A DNA stretch of 10,796 nucleotides, from IMG/VR virus record IMGVR_UViG_3300049255_000405; one strand, 5' to 3'. Below are positions 1 through 4,656 of the stretch, piece by piece. The stretch is from a virus. The notes below the pieces were generated by a model. It saw only the letters and a program-made list of their open reading frames with translations, did not search any database and was not told the origin of the DNA. Numbering within the stretch: the first letter of the stretch is position 1; each line of letters opens with the position of its first letter. Position numbers and translations under genes: made by a program.

Positions 1-17
1 TGCGCCAGACCGACCTC

Positions 18-410
18 ATGGAGACGGAAGTCCTGGCTCGGGCGGCCGACCAGTCCATCGTCAAGGCCATCCTGCGCAAGAGCACTCGCGCCGTCGACCA
101 GACGATCAACTGGAACTGCTTCCGGCGCGACAACTACACGTGCCGATACTGCGGCAACAACAAAATCGCACTCACGGTCGACCATCTCGTGCGCTGGGAG
201 GAAGGCGGGCCCAGCACCGAGGCCAACATGCTTTCGGCTTGCCGCAAGTGCAACAAGGTCCGCGGCGACAAGTCGTACGCCGATTGGCTGCGCGACCCGT
301 ACTACCTCAAGGTGTCGGTGAACCTGAAGCCGGAAGTGCGGGCTGCCAACGAAGCCATCCTCGGAACGCTCGACGCGATCCCGCGCAAGCTCCACATCGC
401 ATCACGCTAG
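18..410 (+). CDS. HNH endonuclease; the reading frame is open back to the window edge, so the gene may begin upstream of the window
   Basis: ATG at 18. The protein has the HNH/His-Me finger arrangement CRYCG...DHLVRWEEGG...N...CRKCN: two CxxC pairs flanking a DH and a conserved Asn. Third-codon positions are GC-rich. No stop lies in frame between position 3 and 18. Confidence 0.8.
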   Translation: METEVLARAADQSIVKAILRKSTRAVDQTINWNCFRRDNYTCRYCGNNKIALTVDHLVRWEEGGPSTEANMLSACRKCNKVRGDKSYADWLRDPYYLKVSVNLKPEVRAANEAILGTLDAIPRKLHIASR

Positions 411-425
411 GTGTAACGTTGCCTG

Positions 426-454
426 TGGACACTCGCATTCCCGAAGGTTATATT
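426..454 (+). promoter_or_regulatory. candidate sigma70-type promoter, TGGACA (426-431) - 17 nt - TATATT (449-454), feeding the 473..1276 operon
   Basis: It sits in the 62-bp gap after the HNH stop. The -35 element matches the consensus at 5 of 6 positions and the -10 at 5 of 6, with a 17-nt spacer. The predicted transcription start near 461 leaves a short leader containing GGAG before the ATG at 473. Confidence 0.4.
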
Positions 455-472
455 CTCGTCTCCACAGCGGAG

Positions 473-706
473 ATGGCTCGCCTGACTGCGGAAAACGCCC
501 GTCTGCTCGAGCAAATTCGTGAGCTGCAACAGCACGGGACTCTCCGTGAAGAGCAGCTGCGTGCTTATCGTAGACTGGAATTTCCGCAAGAACAACTCAA
601 CAAGCTGAAAGCAGACCTGGAAGCGACGACGAAGAGGGTCCTTGACGCATATGGCCTAAAGCCGATGCACGAGGTCCTTCTTCCGCGTGTGGCAAACGGA
701 GCGTGA
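473..706 (+). CDS. small coiled-coil protein (77 aa), hypothetical
   Basis: ATG at 473, in frame with the tail of the 140..706 ORF. GCGGAG lies immediately upstream but is very close to the start. The product MARLTAENARLLEQIRELQQ... has heptad-like Leu/Glu/Arg periodicity. Its stop TGA (704-706) is 1 nt before the RRM-protein ATG. Third-position GC is lower than in neighbouring genes. Confidence 0.45.
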   Translation: MARLTAENARLLEQIRELQQHGTLREEQLRAYRRLEFPQEQLNKLKADLEATTKRVLDAYGLKPMHEVLLPRVANGA

Positions 707-707
707 C

Positions 708-1097
708 ATGGGCAATCGTATTTTCGTGGGCAACATCTCCTACAGCGTCTCGACCGAGGACCTCAAGTCGGCATTCGAGAGCTGCGGCACCATCACCGAC
801 GCCAAGGTGATGACTGACCGGGAAACCGGCCAGAGCCGCGGGTTCGGTTTCGTGACGTTCTCGTCCGATGCCGAAGCAGCCAAGGCCATCGAGACCTGGA
901 ACGGCGAGAACCTCGGCGGTCGCCAGCTCGTCGTCAACGAAGCCCACGCGCGCCCGGACAACCGCTCCGGTGGCGGCGGGGGTGGTGGCGGGAACCGTAG
1001 CGGCGGAGGCGGGGGTGGCCGTGGAGGCCCGCGTGGAGGCGGTGGCGGTCGGGATCGTGACGACCGCCGGCGTGGCCGCGACCGCGACTTCGGATGA
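708..1097 (+). CDS. RRM-domain glycine-rich RNA-binding protein with a C-terminal Gly/Arg/Asp-rich low-complexity tail
   Basis: ATG at 708 follows GGAG (697-700) after a 7-nt spacer. The protein has a textbook RNP2 motif (IFVGNI) and RNP1 motif (RGFGFVTF) with RRM-compatible spacing, followed by SGGGGGGGGNRSGGGGGGRGGPRGGGGGRDRDDRRRGRDRD. Third-position GC is high. The GTG at 687 opening the listed ORF is a less likely start. Confidence 0.9.
   Translation: MGNRIFVGNISYSVSTEDLKSAFESCGTITDAKVMTDRETGQSRGFGFVTFSSDAEAAKAIETWNGENLGGRQLVVNEAHARPDNRSGGGGGGGGNRSGGGGGGRGGPRGGGGGRDRDDRRRGRDRDFG
967..1086 (+). repeat. simple-sequence (GGN)n and (CGN/GAC) tract encoding the Gly/Arg/Asp tail of the RRM protein
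   Basis: There are runs of ggt/ggc/ggg/gga codons followed by cgg/cgt/gac codons. The tract also explains the spurious Pro/Arg/Ala-rich ORFs called in other frames and on the opposite strand (597..1100, 740..1117, 868..1182). Confidence 0.6.
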
Positions 1098-1276
1098 CAA
1101 AAGACCCGCTGGGTCACCAGTGGGTAATTTGTCAGAGGCCGCAGTATCGCGTCTGGTTATGCTCGCGTTGCGGCGCGACTGAGGTCGAAACCTACCTGCA
1201 CGGTCCCGTTGACTTCAACTCGAACGTGCGAGTGCCGTGTGACGAACACATCGTCCGTGCAGTGATGGAATCCTAG
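1094..1276 (+). CDS. small Cys-containing protein (60 aa), possible zinc ribbon; hypothetical
   Basis: Its ATG (1094-1096) overlaps the TGA stop of the RRM gene (ATGA), which suggests translational coupling. It has four Cys residues (C13, C23 and C26 as CxxC, C49). Its TAG stop shares the palindrome CTAG (1273-1276) with the stop of the convergent minus-strand gene. Confidence 0.5.
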   Translation: MTKDPLGHQWVICQRPQYRVWLCSRCGATEVETYLHGPVDFNSNVRVPCDEHIVRAVMES

Positions 1277-1698
1277 CCGTCTACCCAGTTCTTCGGGAAG
1301 AGGGATTCGAAGTCCTCCTTGTGGATGGACTCGAGCGCCTGCTTGGCGATGTCCTCGTCGAGGTCTTGAGTTTCGACGTGATCTTTCATCCGCGCTTGCG
1401 CCAACTCGCGCAGGTGCTTGACGATGGAGATCTTCCGAAGCCGGAACGCGAGCCCGCCCCACTCGTTTCCGGTCGCCTTGAGGTGCTTCTTGATGGCCGC
1501 CGACGATTCCCGGATGAGCTTGTCTTCCTTGACGAGAACCGGGTGGTCAGCCTCTTCGAGTAGCTGCTGGCTGATGTGTCGGCGGACGACTCTGTTGACG
1601 AACAGCTCGAATTCGTTGGAAACGAAGACCCTTTCGGGTTTTGCTTGTTCGGCTTGTCTGAGAGTTCTGTCCGAGGGCCTAGACCCGACAGCGCGCAT
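1273..1698 (-). CDS. hypothetical protein (141 aa)
   Basis: The minus-strand ATG (complement of 1696-1698) is preceded by a strong Shine-Dalgarno sequence, AGGAGA, with a 5-nt spacer. The charged, helical-looking product is MRAVGSRPSDRTLRQAEQ...FPKNWVDG. The upstream TTG at 1785 that opens the listed ORF lacks an SD. No family was recognised by eye. Confidence 0.7.
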   Translation of the reverse strand: MRAVGSRPSDRTLRQAEQAKPERVFVSNEFELFVNRVVRRHISQQLLEEADHPVLVKEDKLIRESSAAIKKHLKATGNEWGGLAFRLRKISIVKHLRELAQARMKDHVETQDLDEDIAKQALESIHKEDFESLFPKNWVDG

Positions 1699-1728
1699 AA
1701 CCGTCTCCTGTCTGCGTATGAGTATCCA

Positions 1729-1750
1729 CTCCCGAGGGAGCCTTTTTAAA
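1729..1750 (+). other. inverted repeat CTCCC-GA-GGGAG followed by CCTTTTT in the divergent intergenic region; possible operator, or a weak plus-strand terminator-like hairpin
   Basis: The 5-bp arms are reverse complements (1729-1740) and T5 follows at 1743-1747. It lies between the divergent starts at 1698 (-) and 1845 (+). On the plus strand it lies downstream of the 473..1276 operon, beyond the convergent 1273..1698 gene. Confidence 0.25.
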
Positions 1751-1844
1751 GTCAAGCACTTCGAGGCCCCCAACGCCAAGCGCAACTGTGTGCTTGCAGC
1801 CTACACGCCGCCTGTTCAGTCGCACAGAACCCGTAGTGTTACGC

Positions 1845-2300
1845 ATGCCTAGGGCAAGCCTTTCCACAGTCCGGATTCGGCTCACGCCCGAGCTGAGGCG
1901 GGTCGTTGACGACGAAGTGACAAGACTGAAATCGTTGGGAGCAAAAGTGCGTGTGACAAGGGAGCACGCCATTCTTTCGCTCATACGAAGGCATGTCCGC
2001 AATTTGCAACCAGACGAAGTCAAAGGGCTTTACAACGGCTTTCTCGAGGAAGCCGCACGCCTGAAACTTCACGGTAACAGCCGGCGCGACTTGGGTGAAA
2101 TTGGTCCCGCTCGCCAAGCCTTCTTGCGCGCCGCGGCATTTGAACTGCTCGCCCTCTCGTCTATTGAAGACCCTCCGGACAACGCTATCATCCAGCACTT
2201 GGCCGAAGTAGTCGAACTCGCCAAGGATGGCACGGGCTACAAAGCGCTACCGGACGCCCGCCCCTCCACTCGGCTGATGACTACTGCAGGTAGTGCTTGA
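1845..2300 (+). CDS. putative ribbon-helix-helix (RHH/CopG-like) DNA-binding protein with a C-terminal extension (151 aa)
   Basis: ATG at 1845. The N-terminus MPRASLSTVRIRLTPELRRVVDDEVTRLKSL fits the RHH beta-strand and helix pattern. There is no SD, but TAGTGT (1834-1839) lies 5 nt upstream of the ATG, consistent with a leaderless transcript. The listed ORF opens at GTG 1788, which is less likely. The gene is divergent from 1273..1698. Confidence 0.55.
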   Translation: MPRASLSTVRIRLTPELRRVVDDEVTRLKSLGAKVRVTREHAILSLIRRHVRNLQPDEVKGLYNGFLEEAARLKLHGNSRRDLGEIGPARQAFLRAAAFELLALSSIEDPPDNAIIQHLAEVVELAKDGTGYKALPDARPSTRLMTTAGSA

Positions 2301-2622
2301 CGAGGTAGTAGACAGCGGACAGGACCATGGGAAGGCCCAGCGTGATGGCCACCCATATCCACACCAGCCGGCGACGTACTGGAAGGATGAAGGAGCGCGT
2401 GTCGAGTACGTTGGCGAATGATGCGAGCCTCGAGCGCGAATCGTTCGGGCGAGGAACCTTGCACCAGACACAGATGGGTTGATCGATTGGTGATTGCTTG
2501 CCGCAGCTGGGGCAAGTCCAGGCTGGCTGATCGTTGGTCACGCTACTTACCACCGATAACAACTTCAGCAACTTTTTGTCTCTCGTTGGGTCGTGGCACT
2601 TGTCGATCCTAGCGGGAACCAA
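2281..2622 (-). CDS. membrane-anchored zinc-ribbon protein (C-x2-C ... C-x2-C plus a C-terminal transmembrane helix); start uncertain
   Basis: It contains CPSCG and CVWC pairs and a C-terminal hydrophobic helix, LVWIWVAITLGLPMVLSAVYYLV. The listed start is TTG (complement of 2620-2622) with no SD. An alternative GTG start (complement of 2539-2541) is preceded by GGTGG with an 8-nt spacer; it would remove the head-to-head overlap with the phosphatase gene and still retain the zinc ribbon. The 3' end overlaps the convergent RHH gene by 20 bp. Confidence 0.5.
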   Translation of the reverse strand: MVPARIDKCHDPTRDKKLLKLLSVVSSVTNDQPAWTCPSCGKQSPIDQPICVWCKVPRPNDSRSRLASFANVLDTRSFILPVRRRLVWIWVAITLGLPMVLSAVYYLVKHYLQ

Positions 2623-3093
2623 CTACTTTTGCAGCAGGAGCCTGCAACTGCATCCAAGATCCTTGGCAATCTCTGGATGGGTAGCGCTCCTCCGATAGGA
2701 CTAGGGGTCCGCCAGCACTTCGACTGCGTAGTGCTCTGCGCGATGGAGTATCAGCTGCCGCCCGAGTGCTTCCCGGGTGTCGAAGTGATTCACGCGCCGA
2801 TGAACGACGACGGCACTCCGATGACTGCCGAAGAGATGGAGATAGCCGTCCGCACTGCCGGCAAGGTGATCTCGCGCCTAGTCAACAAGCAGCGCGTGCT
2901 TTCCACCTGCCGCGCCGGCCGCAACAGATCCGGCATCGTTTGCGCCCTCGCTCTGTGCATGGGGCCGCCCAAGTACACGCCGCAGCGGGCGATTGCGCGC
3001 ATTCAAGCCGCGCGAGGTCCGTACGCGATGCGGAACAGCTACTTCAGAAACTTCCTGCACCAATTCTGCGGACCTAGAACGCAAGCTCCTTGA
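2593..3093 (+). CDS. dual-specificity (Cys-based) protein phosphatase, DUSP/PTP fold with the CX5R motif
   Basis: The active-site loop VLSTCRAGRNRSG matches VHCxAGxSRS. An upstream acidic loop (IHAPMNDDGTP) plays the role of the general-acid Asp. The N-terminal ILGNLWMGS resembles the DUSP beta1 signature (ILPGLYIGN). The start is GTG 2593 or TTG 2629. ATG 2677 would delete beta1 and is rejected. Confidence 0.85.
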   Translation: MALVDPSGNQLLLQQEPATASKILGNLWMGSAPPIGLGVRQHFDCVVLCAMEYQLPPECFPGVEVIHAPMNDDGTPMTAEEMEIAVRTAGKVISRLVNKQRVLSTCRAGRNRSGIVCALALCMGPPKYTPQRAIARIQAARGPYAMRNSYFRNFLHQFCGPRTQAP

Positions 3094-3487
3094 TTTCGTT
3101 GAGCGGCGTCTTGGCACGATAGTGGATCTGGCCTTCCTGCGGAGTCTTCCACTCCCAGCGCCAGTCCTCGTGCAGGTGTCCGTGACGGAAGCACCACTCG
3201 ATATTGAAGATCTTCACCAGCCGACCGAGGATGGGGTTGGTGATGGAGGTCTTGGCGGTGACGATGACCGCGTCGATGATGACGTCCGGAAGGGGACGCA
3301 GCAGCTTGTGCGGATCCTCGTCACCGGTGGGCACCGTACTCATGGCGCAAAGCTGCGCCAGATGGTCCATTTCCATCTCGCCGATCTCGAGTCCCGGAAG
3401 TGAGTGCGTAACCGCGTCGCGGAGCATTCTGCCCAGCACTGCTCCATGAGTTTTGCGGTCTGGCATTTTGGCTTTCGCCCCCTGCAT
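3074..3487 (-). CDS. hypothetical protein (137 aa); possible all-alpha MazG-like NTP pyrophosphohydrolase (weak)
   Basis: The ATG (complement of 3485-3487) is preceded by GGGAGG with a 5-nt spacer. The product has acidic motifs, LEIGEMEMDHL and LPDVIIDAVIV, reminiscent of the MazG EExxE/D and ExxD helices. The 3' end overlaps the phosphatase gene by 20 bp. The TTG at 3547 that opens the listed ORF is less likely. Confidence 0.65.
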   Translation of the reverse strand: MQGAKAKMPDRKTHGAVLGRMLRDAVTHSLPGLEIGEMEMDHLAQLCAMSTVPTGDEDPHKLLRPLPDVIIDAVIVTAKTSITNPILGRLVKIFNIEWCFRHGHLHEDWRWEWKTPQEGQIHYRAKTPLNEIKELAF

Positions 3488-3500
3488 GACAACCTCCCCA

Positions 3501-3514
3501 CCACGGTACCGTGG
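3501..3514. promoter_or_regulatory. perfect 14-bp palindrome CCACGGTACCGTGG in the 31-bp divergent intergenic gap; candidate operator
   Basis: The sequence is its own reverse complement. It lies between the minus-strand start at 3487 and the plus-strand start at 3519, immediately beside the SD of the minus-strand gene. Confidence 0.35.
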
Positions 3515-3518
3515 CACT

Positions 3519-3896
3519 ATGCGTGTCGTCTCACAATCGATGGTCAAGGCGTTCGGCTATGGCATCTACATGGTGGAAGTCACTCCACCGCCAGTGCAGA
3601 AAGTCCGACCGAACGGTCACAAGGACGTGCAGCAGACCGAAGTATACCGCAGTCTACGCAGGTCCGGGATGCCGTTTACGGAAGTCGTGCTCGATTCCGA
3701 GGACGAGTCGCGCGCTTACGCCATCTCGTCCGAGGGTCACGAGCCCACCAAGTACGAACTCGCACTGATTTCGGACGAGGACTGGGAGCGGATTCGCACG
3801 TCCGTCGACATGTGGGGCTCGGAAGGATTCTCGGAGCGTCTGACCATGCTCGAGCAGCACAAGCCGCAGCCGGTCGAGACCACCGCTACCCCGTAG
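3519..3896 (+). CDS. hypothetical protein (125 aa)
   Basis: ATG at 3519 (MRVVSQSMVKAFGYG...). An alternative ATG lies at 3540. The GTG at 3453 that opens the listed ORF overlaps the neighbouring gene and is unlikely. The body has high third-position GC. There is no clear SD. The 3' end overlaps the convergent 3886..4455 gene by 11 bp. Confidence 0.5.
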   Translation: MRVVSQSMVKAFGYGIYMVEVTPPPVQKVRPNGHKDVQQTEVYRSLRRSGMPFTEVVLDSEDESRAYAISSEGHEPTKYELALISDEDWERIRTSVDMWGSEGFSERLTMLEQHKPQPVETTATP

Positions 3897-4455
3897 CTCT
3901 CAGACCGAGCTGCGTAATATCGATCCAGCCGTTTACCTGCTTCTTCTGACCCGCGCAAGAGAGGTGGTACCCGGCGAATCGGGACACGACTATCAGAGCA
4001 CATGGGTCGCCGAAAGCATCTGCGCACCCGCCGTCTGCCACAACCCACTCGTCACCCATGTTCCAAAGGAACACGCGTACTCCATATGGGTCCCCTTTAT
4101 TGGGGGCCCCTAGATGAATGATATCTCCCGGTTCTGGCATGCGCTCGAGCTGGAACGGCCTCCAGGCGGCAAGCTTCTGCGAGCCTTCGTAGAGCGACTC
4201 TATCCCGTGTTTGTTCCACTCCATCCCCTGTTCCGGGACGTCGCGACACAAAATACGGCTGTCTCGACATCCGAGTTTCCACAGCAACCAGTGGCAGAGG
4301 TCGGCGCCGGGATTGTAACCTCTGTAGTGTATGCGGCCCTGACAAACCTCGGTCTCCAGCCACTCGTCTCCAACGTGGGCGGGCAGCTTGGAGACAAGCT
4401 CCTGGACTGCCGCCCGACGGAGAGGGTCGGATGGTAGGCGCGGGGCGTTAACCAT
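3886..4455 (-). CDS. hypothetical protein (189 aa); possible Cys/His hydrolase of the papain-like NlpC/P60 or CHAP type (weak)
   Basis: It is a long minus-strand ORF with protein-like composition; the competing plus-strand ORF 4114..4437 looks less protein-like. The product has GADLCHWLLW followed about 60 aa later by PGDIIHLG...GVRVFLW, an order resembling the catalytic Cys then His of NlpC/P60-type enzymes. The ATG (complement of 4453-4455) has no SD and shares the palindrome CATG with the plus-strand ATG at 4454. Confidence 0.45.
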   Translation of the reverse strand: MVNAPRLPSDPLRRAAVQELVSKLPAHVGDEWLETEVCQGRIHYRGYNPGADLCHWLLWKLGCRDSRILCRDVPEQGMEWNKHGIESLYEGSQKLAAWRPFQLERMPEPGDIIHLGAPNKGDPYGVRVFLWNMGDEWVVADGGCADAFGDPCALIVVSRFAGYHLSCAGQKKQVNGWIDITQLGLRATG

Positions 4456-4648
4456 GCGCAATACTGTGGACCATAAACGACAAAGCGGAAGTAGTTTTCG
4501 GCTGACGATGAAGCGGGACGAGTATGCGATCCGCGCAGCGAACTCTGTGTATCAACACGCCGAGGAACAGGGTCACGACCTTCGTGACGCAGTCTCTGTT
4601 CTGTTTATCGCCATAGTCGCAATCGCGATTTTCTACACGGCGTGCTGA
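4454..4648 (+). CDS. small membrane protein (64 aa; alternative start at 4508 gives 46 aa) with a single C-terminal transmembrane helix
   Basis: The C-terminus VSVLFIAIVAIAIFYTAC is hydrophobic. The stop TGA (4646-4648) is embedded in the SD of the sigma-factor gene, which suggests translational coupling. The start is ambiguous between ATG 4454, which overlaps the start of the opposite-strand gene, and ATG 4508. Confidence 0.4.
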   Translation: MRNTVDHKRQSGSSFRLTMKRDEYAIRAANSVYQHAEEQGHDLRDAVSVLFIAIVAIAIFYTAC

Positions 4649-4656
4649 GGTGGCTC

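Noticed and set aside
140-706. 188-aa plus-strand ORF overlapping the HNH gene in another frame
   Set aside because: Its first two thirds overlap the well-supported HNH frame and are Arg/Pro/Gln-rich, typical of an off-frame read of GC-rich coding DNA. Only the C-terminal 77 codons after the HNH stop, starting at ATG 473, were kept as a gene.
597-1182. ORFs 597..1100 (-), 740..1117 (-) and 868..1182 (+), all Pro/Ala/Arg/Thr-rich
   Set aside because: They are alternative-frame or antisense readings of the RRM gene and its (GGN)n Gly-rich tail. Their low-complexity composition is dictated by the repeat.
1699-1844. tRNA-like element in the 146-bp intergenic region (CTTCGAGGCC resembles a T-loop)
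   Set aside because: No complementary T-stem or acceptor-stem partner is present. It is not a tRNA. The 107-bp gap at 9102..9208 was also checked with the same result.
2677-3093. ATG 2677 as the phosphatase start, which is the first ATG in frame
   Set aside because: It would delete the conserved N-terminal beta-strand (ILGNLWMGS) of the DUSP fold. GTG 2593 or TTG 2629 is preferred despite weak SDs.
4619-4635. Palindrome AATCGCGATT followed by TTT as a possible terminator before the sigma factor gene
   Set aside because: It is a perfect loop-less DNA palindrome inside the coding sequence of the transmembrane microprotein, where it encodes AIAIF, with only a 3-4-nt T-run. It is not a credible intrinsic terminator.
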